NCBI GenBank assembly: GCA_963724765.1
Contig: CAVRVY010000003.1
Span: 832,001 to 896,000, forward strand
Source: an uncultured delta proteobacterium
GTDB lineage: Bacteria; Desulfobacterota; Binatia; Binatales; Binataceae
DNA: 64,000 bases
Reading direction: 5' to 3'
In this document: piece by piece, positions 45,357 through 55,730 of the stretch
Position numbering within the stretch: position 1 is the first letter of the stretch
Layout of the letters: each line of letters starts with the position of its first letter
Position numbers and translations under genes: made by a program
Notes under the pieces: generated by a model
Database searches by the model: none
Told to the model about the DNA's origin: nothing
The model's input: the letters and a program-made list of their open reading frames with translations, nothing else

Positions 45357-45800
45357 ATGACACCGACGGAGTTTGCGCAGCGGCTGAACCGCCTGTACGC
45401 CGGCACCATGATGCAGGACATGGAGATGCTCCATGCGGGCGAGGGGCGCGCGCGCGGGCGGGTCGAGTTCAAGCCTCATCTGCGCCAACTCACCGGGTTG
45501 TTTCATGCTGGAGTGATTATGGGACTCGCCGACACGACGGCGACGGCGGCCGCGATGTGGGAGATTAACTCCGATCTAGCGCCCGATGGCGATTTCCGAC
45601 CGGAGCTTTTTCCGCTCTCGATCCAGGTCTCGGCCAACCTCATCCGCAACACCGGCCGCGGCGCTCTGACCGCCGATGCCGAACTGGTCCATCGCGGGAA
45701 AAGCACGATTGTCGCGGACGTTCGCGTAACCGACGATCAATCGCGGCTGATCGCCAAGGCGACCGTCACGCTGCTGGTGCCGAGATCGCCCGCGCGCTGA
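45357..45800 (+). CDS. PaaI family thioesterase
   Basis: QLTGLFHAGVIMGLADT hot-dog motif, HRGKST; GGAGG SD. Confidence 0.88.
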   Translation: MTPTEFAQRLNRLYAGTMMQDMEMLHAGEGRARGRVEFKPHLRQLTGLFHAGVIMGLADTTATAAAMWEINSDLAPDGDFRPELFPLSIQVSANLIRNTGRGALTADAELVHRGKSTIVADVRVTDDQSRLIAKATVTLLVPRSPAR

Positions 45801-45828
45801 GGCGCGGCCAAGCTAGTACGAAAATTTG

Positions 45829-46179
45829 TCAGTTGCGAAACTTGTCGGTCAGGCGCCGCAGGATACCTGCTTGTCCGCCGCCGCTTTGCTCCTTGGACGG
45901 ATCGGCGGCGGGCGTTTTGGCAGCGGACGTCTTGTCAGGAGATGTTTTGGCGGCGGGCTTGAGCGCGGCGAAAAGATCCTCGACTTCGCCGTCGACGGGA
46001 AAGCGGCCGGCCTGGGCCTTGGAAAAGATCACCTGACCGTCGACGAGCACGTCGAACTGCCCGGTTTTGCCGACCTTGATTTCGGCATTCTCGCCGAAAC
46101 GCTCATGGATCGACGCGGCCAGACTGGCCGCGCGAGGCTTGTAGCCTCAAGCGGAGCAATAGAGAATTTCGGTCGCCAT
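45829..46179 (-). CDS. Rdx/SelW-family selenoprotein (CxxU), in-frame UGA read as Sec
   Basis: ATG GCG ACC GAA ATT CTC TAT TGC TCC GCT TGA GGC TAC = MATEILYCSAUGY, then KPRAASLA...GQFDVLVDGQVIFSK...RFP; GGAG SD upstream; selA in window. Confidence 0.9.
46111..46146 (-). promoter_or_regulatory. Bacterial SECIS hairpin
   Basis: CGCGGCCA-GTC-TGGCCGCG stem-loop whose loop starts with G, 22 nt after the UGA at 46147-46149. Confidence 0.8.
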
Positions 46180-46228
46180 TCGGATCTCCGTGTCAGTCGG
46201 TCATCTTGGCAGAAGCTTGCACTCGCGA

Positions 46229-46798
46229 TCACTTGCTCTCGGGCAGGTCGACGAACACCGCCGCCGCCACCACCGAGGTCCACAACCCGTCGCGATCGCC
46301 GATCGCCGACTGCGTGGCATTGCGCGTGGTTACGATCTTGTCCGAGACGCGCCAGACGTCCTTGCGCTCGTCGTAGCTGGCGTTGGGATCGAAATCGACG
46401 CCCAGGATCGTCGCTAACATCGTCGCGGCCAGGTCTTCGGCGTAGTCGCCCGTCTTCTGATCGGTCTCGCCGAAGCTGTGATGCTCGGAGAGATAGCCGT
46501 ACTGGCTCGGGTTGGCCGGAATCGCCACGCCGACCGACGCGGCGATGAGGCGATGCGGCTCGTCGGTGGCGTTGTCACTCACCACGGCGAAAACGATCTG
46601 GCCTGGAGTGAGGCGCTTGAGCCCCTCTTGCGGCGTGATCAGTTTGCAGTAGGGCGGAAAGATCGATTGAACGCGAACGAGGTTGTATTCGGCGATGCTG
46701 GCCGAGCGCAGGGCCAGCTCAAAGGAGTTGAGTTTCTCGCGGTGCTTGCCAACCCCCTTGGTCAGAAACACCCCCTTTGGAAAAGGCCCCATCAACAC
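46229..46798 (-). CDS. pdaD: Pyruvoyl-dependent arginine decarboxylase
   Basis: FLTKGVG.H...L.SFELALR, NLVRVQSIFPP, GYLSEHH, YAEDLAATMLATILG. Confidence 0.88.
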   Translation of the reverse strand: MLMGPFPKGVFLTKGVGKHREKLNSFELALRSASIAEYNLVRVQSIFPPYCKLITPQEGLKRLTPGQIVFAVVSDNATDEPHRLIAASVGVAIPANPSQYGYLSEHHSFGETDQKTGDYAEDLAATMLATILGVDFDPNASYDERKDVWRVSDKIVTTRNATQSAIGDRDGLWTSVVAAAVFVDLPESK

Positions 46799-46900
46799 TC
46801 TCCCTGTTGAGCCCCTTCCCGGCGCGCCGGTATGGGATCACTCAACAAGCGTAGCAGCAAGCGGGCGAGCGATACACAAGGGGGAGGCGGAGGCCGGCCG

Positions 46901-48569
46901 CTAGACCACGTTGACCGGCTGGTATTCGCCAAACACGCGGCGCATCGCGTCCGAAATTTCACCGAGCGTCGCCCAGTTGCGCACCGCGTCGATGATCGCC
47001 GGCATCAGGTTGCCGCCGTCGCGCGCCGCCGCCTCGACGCGATCCAGCACGGCGCTCGCGGCCGCTGCGTTGCGCTCGGCGCGCAGGCGGCCCAGCCGCT
47101 CGCATTGCTTGTGCTCGATCTCGGGATTGACGCGCAGGAGATCGGTCGGCGGCTGTTCGCCGCGTTGTGAACTGGTTGAGTCCGACGATGATCCGCTGTT
47201 TGGATTCGATTTCGCGCTGGTAGAGGTAGGCGGCCGACTGGATTTCGCGCTGCATGTAACCCCGCTCGATCGCCGCCACCGCGCCGCCGAGGTCGTCGAT
47301 CTTGCCCAGGTACTCAAGCGTCTTCTTTTCGAGTTCGCGCGTGAGACTCTCGACGTAGTACGAGCCGCCGAGCGGATCGACGGTATCGGCAACGTCGGAT
47401 TCGTTGGCGATGATCTGCTGGGTGCGCAGCGCCAGCAACGCCGACTGCTCGGTGGGTAGCGCCAGCGCCTCGTCGCGTGAGTTGGTATGGAGCGATTGCG
47501 CGCCGCCCAGCACCGCGGCCAGCGCCTGCAGCGTCACGCGTACCACGTTGTTGTCGACCTGTTGCGCGGTGAGCGTCGAGCCCGCGGTCTGCGCATGGAA
47601 CCGCAGCATCATCGAGCGCTCGTCGGCGGCGCCGAAGCGCTCTTTCATGATTCGCGCCCACAGCCGGCGCGCGGCGCGGAATTTGGCGATCTCCTCGAAG
47701 AAATTGTTGTGCACGTTGAAGAAGAACGAAAGACGGCTCGCGAAAGCGTCGACCTTGAGGTCGGCCTTGAGCGCCGCCTCGACGTAGGCGATGCCGTCGG
47801 CCAGCGTAAACGCCAGCTCCTGGGCCGCGGTCGAGCCGGCTTCGCGAATGTGGTAGCCGGAGATCGAGATCGTGTTCCAGTTGGGAACTTCTCTGGTCGC
47901 GAACGCGAAGATGTCGGTGATGATTCGCATCGAGCCGCGCGGCGGATAGATGTAGGTCCCGCGCGCGACGTACTCCTTGAGCACGTCGTTCTGGATCGTG
48001 CCGTTGAGCTGGTCCCAGCTCACGCCGCGCCGCTCGGCCGCCACCAGGTAAAGCGCGAGCAGGATCGACGCGGTCGCGTTGATCGTCATCGAGGTCGAAA
48101 TTTTGTCGAGCGGAAGCTGATCGAGCAGCGTCTCCATGTCGTGGAGCGCGCAGATCGAAACGCCCACGCGGCCGACCTCGCCGCGGGCCAGCAGATGGTC
48201 GGCATCACGGCCCATCTGGGTCGGCAAATCGAAGGCGACCGACAGCCCGGTCTGCCCGTGCTCGAACAGGTAGCGGTAGCGGCGGTTGGACTCCTCGGCG
48301 TTGCCGAAGCCCGCGTACTGGCGCATCGTCCACAGCCGCCCGCGATACATCGTCGGCTGCACGCCGCGGGTGAACGGATACTCGCCCGCGAAGCCGAGAT
48401 CGCGCAGATAGTCGAAGCCGTTTAAGTCAGTGGGATCGTACTCGCGCTCGGCCTCGATGCCGGAGCTGGTGGTGAAATGCTCGCGGCGCTCGCCGCCGCG
48501 CTTGAGCGCCGAAGCGACCTTGCGCTGCTCCCAGTTCTTGCGCTGGTCCCCGATACCGCCGTCGGACAT
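46901..48569 (-). CDS. Methylmalonyl-CoA mutase catalytic (large) subunit, split type, frameshift near 47165
   Basis: [54 protein letters not shown]; C-terminal [10 protein letters not shown]...ATLGEI in shifted frame; no B12-binding domain. Confidence 0.92.
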
Positions 48570-48590
48570 GACTGTGGCCTCCGGTCCCGG

Positions 48591-49091
48591 CTACTCGATG
48601 ATCGCCAGGACCTCACCCTTCTCGACCGTCTGCCCCGCCGTCACCCGCACCTCGACCACCCGGCCGGCCTTGGGCGTTCTGATTTCGTTCTCCATCTTCA
48701 TCGCTTCGACGGTCAGCACGCCGTGCTCCGCCTCGATCTCGTCGCCCTGCTTCACCAGCACGCTGACAACCCGTCCTGGCATCATCGCCTTGAGCTCGAC
48801 GCGGCCGCTTAGCTGGCGGCCGGCGCTCGCGCGCATCGCGCGCCGTTTCTCGTCGATCAGGTTAACGCGCCATGCGCCGGCGCGCGAAGTGACGATCAGC
48901 TCTTCACCCTCGGGCGTGACGTCGAAATCAAACGAACGATTCCCGATCAGCACCGAAAACGAACCGGGGCCGACGCGCCGGAGATCCAACTCGAAGCGTT
49001 GCTCGCCAAGCCGCACGGCGCAGGCGTTCGCGTCGAGTTCCTCGAAATCGAATTCGTGCTCAGTGTCCTGCAACGTGGCCAGGTAGCGCAT
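48591..49091 (-). CDS. Biotin carboxyl carrier protein
   Basis: MPGRVV, EAMKMENEI biotinylation motif. Confidence 0.93.
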   Translation of the reverse strand: MRYLATLQDTEHEFDFEELDANACAVRLGEQRFELDLRRVGPGSFSVLIGNRSFDFDVTPEGEELIVTSRAGAWRVNLIDEKRRAMRASAGRQLSGRVELKAMMPGRVVSVLVKQGDEIEAEHGVLTVEAMKMENEIRTPKAGRVVEVRVTAGQTVEKGEVLAIIE

Positions 49092-49100
49092 CGTCCGCCT

Positions 49101-50645
49101 CTAACGCCTCAGCACGTCGAGCCGGCCGAGCGTCTTCCACGCCGAGCCGTCACGCGCCGCGCCGCGTCCTGCGCCGGCAGCCTCGGGTGCGCGACCGTTG
49201 CCAAGATTCTGCGCGGCGGCTGCGACCGCAAGCATCGCGGCGGTGAATTCCTTGTCCTCATCGCGCTTGCCGGGTTTGCCGTCCGCCGCGCCAAGCGATC
49301 TCGGGTGGTACTCCTGCTCGATGAAGTTAGTATCGTAATCGCCGCTGAGGAATACCGGATGCTTCATCAGCCAGCGATGGAAATCGAGGTTGGTGGTAAG
49401 CCCGCCGGTGATCACGAACTCGCCGAGCGCGCGGCGCATCCGTGCGATCGCCTCGGCGCGGTCGCGTCCCCATACCGCGAGTTTCGAGATCATCGGATCG
49501 TAAAAGACCGGGACTTCAGCGCCCGCGTATACGCCGGCGTCGTTGCGTACGCCGGGCCCGCTTGGCCATCGCAGCGTGTCGATCCGGCCCGGCGCGGGCA
49601 CGAACCCAGCCGCGGGATCTTCGGCATAGATGCGGCATTCGACCGCCCATCCGCGCTGGTTCAAATCCTGCTGGCTAAAGGGCAGCGGCACGCCGGCCGC
49701 GACTTCGATTTGCGCCTTGACCAGGTCCACCCCGGTAACCATCTCGGTTATCGCGTGCTCGACCTGGATGCGCGTGTTCATCTCGAGGAAATAGAAATTG
49801 CGATCGGCGTCGGCGAGGAACTCGATCGTGCCCGCGCCGCAGTAGCCGACCGCCTGCGCCGCCTTGATCGCGACCTCGCCCATCGCGCGGCGCATCGCGG
49901 GCGTGATGAAGGGCGAAGGCGACTCCTCGACCACCTTCTGATGACGACGCTGAATGGAGCATTCGCGCTCGAACACATGAACGGTTTTGCCCTTCTGGTC
50001 GGCGAAGACCTGGAACTCGATGTGACGCGGGCGGCTGAGATACTTCTCGACGTAGAGCCGCGCGTCGCCGAAAGACGATTTCGCCTCACCTCCAACCGCG
50101 CGGATCGCGGAGGCCAGTTCGGATTCCTTCTCGACGAAGCGCAGGCCCTTGCCGCCGCCGCCGGCCGCCGCCTTGAGCATGATCGGATAACCGATTTTCG
50201 CCGCGGACGCGCGCACCTCGGCCTCTCCCGCGAGCGTTCCCGGCGAGCCCGGCACCACCGGCACCCCCGCCGCCGCCATCGCCTTGCGCGCCTCGACCTT
50301 GTCGCCCATCGCTTTGATCGCCTCGGGCGACGGGCCGATAAAGACGAGGCCGGCCTCCGCGACGACGCGCGCGAAGCCGGCATTCTCGGAGAAGAAGCCA
50401 TAGCCGGGATGAACCGCCTCGGCGCCGGTCTTTTTGGCGGCGTCGAGAATCCGTTCGGTCTTGAGGTAGCTCTCGGAGGCTGGCGAAGGTCCGACGGCGA
50501 CCGCGTAGTCAGCCTCGCGCACGTGCAGCGCGGCGCGGTCGGCCTCTGAATAGATCGCGACCGACTCAACGCCCAGGTCGCGGCAGGCGCGGATCACACG
50601 CACAGCTATCTCGCCGCGATTCGCTATCAGGATGCGCTTGAACAT
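49101..50645 (-). CDS. accC: Acetyl/propionyl-CoA carboxylase biotin carboxylase subunit
   Basis: ANRGEIA, HPGYGF, KAAAGGGGKG, RECSIQRRHQK, FLEMNTRIQVEH. Confidence 0.93.
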   Translation of the reverse strand: MFKRILIANRGEIAVRVIRACRDLGVESVAIYSEADRAALHVREADYAVAVGPSPASESYLKTERILDAAKKTGAEAVHPGYGFFSENAGFARVVAEAGLVFIGPSPEAIKAMGDKVEARKAMAAAGVPVVPGSPGTLAGEAEVRASAAKIGYPIMLKAAAGGGGKGLRFVEKESELASAIRAVGGEAKSSFGDARLYVEKYLSRPRHIEFQVFADQKGKTVHVFERECSIQRRHQKVVEESPSPFITPAMRRAMGEVAIKAAQAVGYCGAGTIEFLADADRNFYFLEMNTRIQVEHAITEMVTGVDLVKAQIEVAAGVPLPFSQQDLNQRGWAVECRIYAEDPAAGFVPAPGRIDTLRWPSGPGVRNDAGVYAGAEVPVFYDPMISKLAVWGRDRAEAIARMRRALGEFVITGGLTTNLDFHRWLMKHPVFLSGDYDTNFIEQEYHPRSLGAADGKPGKRDEDKEFTAAMLAVAAAAQNLGNGRAPEAAGAGRGAARDGSAWKTLGRLDVLRR

Positions 50646-50781
50646 CGTCTACGCTATTAACCGACGCGCCCGCAGATCGGCGAGCGGACGGCGCTAATAA
50701 AGTTTATCGCGTTCGCCGCCGCGCAGGCGAGAGCGGATGCGGGCGGTGCCGGGGCCGCCGCTTCGACGCATCGCACCCTGT

Positions 50782-52332
50782 TCACAGCGGGATATTGCCG
50801 TGTTTGCGCGGCGGATTGCGATCGCGCTTGTTCTCGAGCGCCCTGAGCGCCGCGATCAGCCGCGGGCGCGTGTCGCGCGGCATCAGCACTTCGTCGATGT
50901 AACCCAGCTCGGCGGCCTTGAACGGGTTGGCGAAAGTTTTGCGGTACTCTTCGACCAGCCGCGCCTTCTCGGCCACGGGATCCTTGGCCTGCTCGATCTG
51001 GTTGCGGAACACGATATTGACCGCGCCGTCGGGACCCATCACCGCGATCTCGGCGGTCGGATAGGCAAAGTTGAAATCGCCGCGGATGTGCTTGGAGGAC
51101 ATCACGTCGTACGCGCCGCCGTAGGCCTTGCGCGTGATCACCGTGACCTTGGGCACCGTGGCCTCGCAGTAGGCGTAGAGCAGCTTGGCGCCGTGACGAA
51201 TGATCCCGCCGAACTCCTGGGTGGTGCCGGGCAGGAAGCCCGGGACGTCGACGAAGGTCACCAGCGGAATATTAAACGCGTCGCAAAAGCGGACGAAGCG
51301 CGCGGCCTTGACCGAAGCGTCGATGTCGAGGCATCCGGCGAGGTAGGCGGGCTGATTGGCGACCACACCCACCGAAGCGCCGCCGAGGCGCGCGAAACCG
51401 ATCACGATGTTTTGCGCGAAATCCTTTTGCAGCTCCATGAGCTGACCGCCGTCGACCACGCGATGGATTATGTCGCGGATATCGTAAGGCTTGTTCGCGT
51501 TCTCGGGGACGATCGAATCGAGCGCCTCGTCGCGTCGATCACCCGGGTCGGGGGTGGCCGCGAACGGCGCATCCTCGGCGTTGTTAAGCGGCATGTAGGC
51601 GAGCAGATCGCGGACCGCGAGCAGCGCTCCCTGGTCGTCAGCCGCTTCCAGATGGCAAACGCCCGAGCGCATCGAATGCGTGTCGGCGCCGCCCAAGTCC
51701 TGCATCGAGACTTCCTCGTGCGTGGTCGCCTTGATGACGTCGGGGCCGGTGATGAACATGTACGAGGTGTCACGCACCATCACGACGAAGTCGGTCATCG
51801 CGGGCGAATACACCGCGCCGCCGGCGCAGGGGCCCATGATGCAGGAAATCTGCGGCACGACGCCCGAGGCCATCACGTTGCGCAAGAAGATGTCGGCATA
51901 GCCGGCCAGCGACACCACGCCCTCCTGGATGCGCGCGCCGCCCGAATCGTTAAGCCCGATCACCGGGCATCCGGTCTTCATCGCCAGGTCCATCACCTTG
52001 CAGACCTTCTCGGCGAACGCGCCCGAGAGGCTACCGCCGAAAACCGTGAAGTCCTGTGAGAAGACGCAGACCTGGCGCCCCTCGACAGTGCCGTAACCGG
52101 TGACCACGCCGTCGCCCGGGATGCGCCGCTGGTCCATCCCGAAATCATCGCAGCGATGGGTCTTGAACTTGTCGAGTTCGACGAAGGAGCCGCGGTCGAG
52201 CAAGAATTCGACGCGCTCGCGCGCGGTCAGGCGTCCCGACTCGCGCTGGCGGCGCTGCCGATCCTCGCCGCCGCCCAGCTCCGCTTGGCGCGAAAGCTCG
52301 CGCATCCGTTCGAGATTTTCCTTAACGCTCAT
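50782..52332 (-). CDS. pccB: Propionyl-CoA carboxylase carboxyltransferase (beta) subunit
   Basis: [46 protein letters not shown]. Confidence 0.93.
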   Translation of the reverse strand: MSVKENLERMRELSRQAELGGGEDRQRRQRESGRLTARERVEFLLDRGSFVELDKFKTHRCDDFGMDQRRIPGDGVVTGYGTVEGRQVCVFSQDFTVFGGSLSGAFAEKVCKVMDLAMKTGCPVIGLNDSGGARIQEGVVSLAGYADIFLRNVMASGVVPQISCIMGPCAGGAVYSPAMTDFVVMVRDTSYMFITGPDVIKATTHEEVSMQDLGGADTHSMRSGVCHLEAADDQGALLAVRDLLAYMPLNNAEDAPFAATPDPGDRRDEALDSIVPENANKPYDIRDIIHRVVDGGQLMELQKDFAQNIVIGFARLGGASVGVVANQPAYLAGCLDIDASVKAARFVRFCDAFNIPLVTFVDVPGFLPGTTQEFGGIIRHGAKLLYAYCEATVPKVTVITRKAYGGAYDVMSSKHIRGDFNFAYPTAEIAVMGPDGAVNIVFRNQIEQAKDPVAEKARLVEEYRKTFANPFKAAELGYIDEVLMPRDTRPRLIAALRALENKRDRNPPRKHGNIPL

Positions 52333-52543
52333 CACCAAATCCCGGCCAAATTCCGCGCGAACCAACACTATCAATCTCGCGCAAGCGAGCATGATATGGT
52401 GCGCTGGCCGCGGCGCGCAAGCGGATTTGGCGCGTCTTCAGCGGCGGCCCGCGGTCGTGCGGGGACGCAAGCGGCGTCTTTGCGGCCTCGCGCGCGCGTA
52501 TCATAATGAGGCGACTTTCAGCGGGAAAAGGGCGGGCGCAGCA

Positions 52544-52900
52544 GTGATTGACGACACGATGGCGGAGCGGATGGTGGCGTGCGGATGGATCGCGGCGGGC
52601 GCCGCGAGCGTGTTCATGGTCGCCCTCGGATTCATGGTTGGAGGCGGCCCGATAATGTGGGTGTATCTCGGCGGCGCCGCCATTCTGTTTGCGCTCGCCT
52701 ACGGGATTTACCGGCGGAGCCGCGTCTGCGCGGTGCTTGTGTTGGTCAACCATTTTTTGGGAGTCGCAGGCCTCTTTGCTCGCGTGCGCGAGGTACCGCC
52801 AATCGAGATAGCGGTTACCCTCGTGCTCGGCGTGCTCTACGTGCTTGGTGTGATCGGCACGTTCGTGCATCATGCGCGCCGACGCCCCGCGGCGGCGTAG
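52544..52900 (+). CDS. Hypothetical 4-TM membrane protein
   Basis: Four hydrophobic segments, LAYGIYRRSR; start uncertain. Confidence 0.65.
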   Translation: MIDDTMAERMVACGWIAAGAASVFMVALGFMVGGGPIMWVYLGGAAILFALAYGIYRRSRVCAVLVLVNHFLGVAGLFARVREVPPIEIAVTLVLGVLYVLGVIGTFVHHARRRPAAA

Positions 52901-52910
52901 CCCGCGGCGC

Positions 52911-53399
52911 TTATTGGCTGGTGTGCGGCTCGAACCCGACGAAGCTCAGCTTGTCGCCCGCGCGCACGCCGTGGCGCGCGCAGAATCCGCCGTTGACCTC
53001 GAGTACGTAGAGCGCCGACGCGTCGGGGCCGACCGGGCGCTCCGAGTAAGGCGTGGCGTTGGCCACGATACCCACCACGACGCCTGACGGGTCGGCGAAA
53101 ATCATATCCAGTGGGATCTCCGTATGCTTCATCCAGAATTTCAGCGGTTCGGCGGCGGGAAAAATGAACAGCATACCGGCATTCTCGTCCAGGTGCTCGC
53201 GGTACATCAGGCCGAATGTGCGCTGTCCCGGCGTGACCGCCAACTCGACGCGTACCGCGGCGCGCTCGGCTCCGTCGGACGCGCTGATTACCACCTTTGG
53301 AGTCTCAACGGCTCCCAGAGCGGACGCGGCCAGCGCGAACAGGATGAGGCAACACGCCAGCGCCGCGCGGCGTGTGGCTCGCCTTAAGCGTTCAAGCAT
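52911..53399 (-). CDS. DUF192 family exported protein
   Basis: VELA.T...R..GLMYR, GMLFIF, FWMKHT..PLDMIF, YVLEVNGG. Confidence 0.92.
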   Translation of the reverse strand: MLERLRRATRRAALACCLILFALAASALGAVETPKVVISASDGAERAAVRVELAVTPGQRTFGLMYREHLDENAGMLFIFPAAEPLKFWMKHTEIPLDMIFADPSGVVVGIVANATPYSERPVGPDASALYVLEVNGGFCARHGVRAGDKLSFVGFEPHTSQ

Positions 53400-53443
53400 C
53401 GCTGTTTGCCATGAGATCCGGACTTCGTTTCGAAGCGCACCGC

Positions 53444-54649
53444 CTAGCTGACCTCGAGCGGCAGCGAGGCGAGTCCGCGCAGGAAGAACGACCCCTTGTA
53501 CGCAAGCGGCGCCTCGGGCGCGGCGGGCCGGATTCGCTTGTAACGTGCGAGCAGCGAGCCGATCGCGATCGCACCTTCCATCCGGGCGAGCGGCGCACCG
53601 ATACAGAAGTGGATCCCCTCGCCGAAGGCCAGATGGTCGTTCGGCGTGCGCGCGATATCGAACGTCTCGGGCTCGCTGAATTGCGCCGGGTCGCGATTGG
53701 CCGCCGCCAGCAGCACGAAGATGAGCGAGCCGGCAGCCACCGTCGCGCCGGCAATTTCGGTGTCGTGGCGGATGTACCGCATCGTCGCCTGCACTGGACC
53801 GTCGTAACGCAGCATCTCTTCTATCGCCGACGGTATCAGCTCGGGTGAGCCGCCCAGCCGCTCGAGTTGCCCGGGATTGCGCGTCAGCGCGAGCATCCCG
53901 TTGCCGATGAGATTGGTGGTGGTCTCGTTGCCGGCGAGCAGCAGGAGGACGACGAAGGCAACCAGTTCAGCTTCGCTTAGCACCTCGTCGGAGCCCTCGC
54001 GCGCGGCGACCAGCACGCTTACAAGGTCGTCGCCCGGATTGCGCCGGCGCTTTTCGATCTCGGCGATAAAGTATTCGCGCAGCGCCGTGAACGCGTCGCG
54101 CACGTTTTGCGGCAGCGGCATCCCGGGCGGCGTGTTGTCCGATTCGATAACGGTGTCGGACCACTGCTTGAACATCGAGTAGTGCTCGTGCGGCACGCCC
54201 AGCATGTGCGAGATGACCATCACGGGCAGCGGATTGGCGAGATCCGCCATCACGTCGATTCCGCCTTTGCCGGCGGCGCGGTCGAGCAGCAGGTCGGTGA
54301 ACTCGCGAATTTTGGGCTCGAGCTCACGGATGCGCCGCGGCGTGAAGGCGCGGCTCACCAGCCGGCGGAGCCTGGTGTGAACCGGCGGATCGGAGAACAC
54401 CACGCGCGGCGCGTCGCCGAAGACGCTGATGCGCTCTTCGAGGAACCGCGAGCGCGGCGGCACGCTGGAGAAATGTTCATGGTCGCGCAGCACGGCGGCG
54501 CAATCGGCATAGCGCGCCACCAGCGCCATCGGCAGGAAAACGTTGAGCAGCCGCGGCGGCCCCGTCATCAGGGGCTTGTAATACGGGTAAGGGTTGGCGC
54601 GAAACGCTTCGTCCCACGGGTTGAAATAGATCTGCTCGGCTTCGGTCAT
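53444..54649 (-). CDS. Cytochrome P450
   Basis: DPPVHTRLR, AGNETT, EEMLR, heme motif FGEGIHFCIG. Confidence 0.96.
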   Translation of the reverse strand: MTEAEQIYFNPWDEAFRANPYPYYKPLMTGPPRLLNVFLPMALVARYADCAAVLRDHEHFSSVPPRSRFLEERISVFGDAPRVVFSDPPVHTRLRRLVSRAFTPRRIRELEPKIREFTDLLLDRAAGKGGIDVMADLANPLPVMVISHMLGVPHEHYSMFKQWSDTVIESDNTPPGMPLPQNVRDAFTALREYFIAEIEKRRRNPGDDLVSVLVAAREGSDEVLSEAELVAFVVLLLLAGNETTTNLIGNGMLALTRNPGQLERLGGSPELIPSAIEEMLRYDGPVQATMRYIRHDTEIAGATVAAGSLIFVLLAAANRDPAQFSEPETFDIARTPNDHLAFGEGIHFCIGAPLARMEGAIAIGSLLARYKRIRPAAPEAPLAYKGSFFLRGLASLPLEVS

Positions 54650-54740
54650 GCGGCGTCACGGCCTCCGCGCCCGCGACGGGCGCATCGGCCATTGTAGCGT
54701 GGCGGCGGGCGCCGAAAACAGCGGCGTTCTTGAACGATTC

Positions 54741-55556
54741 TCAGCGGCCGGCGAAGCGCGGCTGACGCTTTTCCATGAATGCGCGCACGCCCTCGCGGTA
54801 GTCCTCGCTATCGAAGCAGCGCGAGACCATCTCGGCGATCGTCTTGAGGTCGCGCTCGGCGCCATCCTTGAGCCCCTCGCGGATCGTGGCCTTCGCCGTC
54901 GCCATCGTAAGCGGTGCGTTGGACGCCATCCGGGTCGCATACCGGCGGACGTGATCCTCCAGTTCCGAGGGCTCGACCAGCTTGTTCAGCAGGCCCATCG
55001 CATTGGCTTCCTCGGCGTCGAATATGCGCGCCGACATCAGGATGTCGCGCGCGTTGGCGGGGCCGCATACGCTCACCAGCGACATCACGCCGTCCAGCGG
55101 GTAGGCCAATCCCAGACGTGCCGCAGGAACTCCCAGGCGCGTCCCGCGCGCCCCGATGCGGATGTCGCAGGCGAGCGCGACCTGCAAGCCGCCGCCGATA
55201 CAGATGCCCGCGATCATCGCGATGACCGGCTTGGGACAGTTGGTGATCGCGCTGGTCGCGTTGCCCGGCGCCTCGCGGTAGATGCGCGCCTGCTCGGCGT
55301 TGGCGCGCAGGCTCGGAAACTCCGAAATGTCGGCGCCGGAGATGAAGGCCTCGGGCGTGGCGCCGCGCATGATGATCACGCGCACGTCGGGGTCGTCGTT
55401 GAGCTCGGCGACGCCCTTGACGATGAGCTGCCAGGTGCGCAGGTTGAGCGCGTTGCGCACCTGCGGACGGTTAAGTATGAGCCATCCGAGCGGCGCCTCA
55501 TGGCGCACCAGCAGCGGCTCGGGCTCGCCGGAAGCGGTCTTTAGCTGCTCGCTCAT
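54741..55556 (-). CDS. Enoyl-CoA hydratase/isomerase family protein
   Basis: AFISGADISEF, KPVIAMIAG.C.GGG, DYREGVRAF.EKR.P.F. Confidence 0.93.
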   Translation of the reverse strand: MSEQLKTASGEPEPLLVRHEAPLGWLILNRPQVRNALNLRTWQLIVKGVAELNDDPDVRVIIMRGATPEAFISGADISEFPSLRANAEQARIYREAPGNATSAITNCPKPVIAMIAGICIGGGLQVALACDIRIGARGTRLGVPAARLGLAYPLDGVMSLVSVCGPANARDILMSARIFDAEEANAMGLLNKLVEPSELEDHVRRYATRMASNAPLTMATAKATIREGLKDGAERDLKTIAEMVSRCFDSEDYREGVRAFMEKRQPRFAGR

Positions 55557-55730
55557 CGTGATGCGTGCCTTGTTTTTCGTGCTTCAGACATATTGTTGCG
55601 CGAACTTTCTCAATAGTTCAGCTACTCCGTTGTAGCCCAGCTTGCGCGCCGAGGTAAACCGCACGCCGCGATACGCTCGATCCCACGCACGAGCGCGGCT
55701 TGTCCGCTGCGCGCGACAGGATTAAGTACA

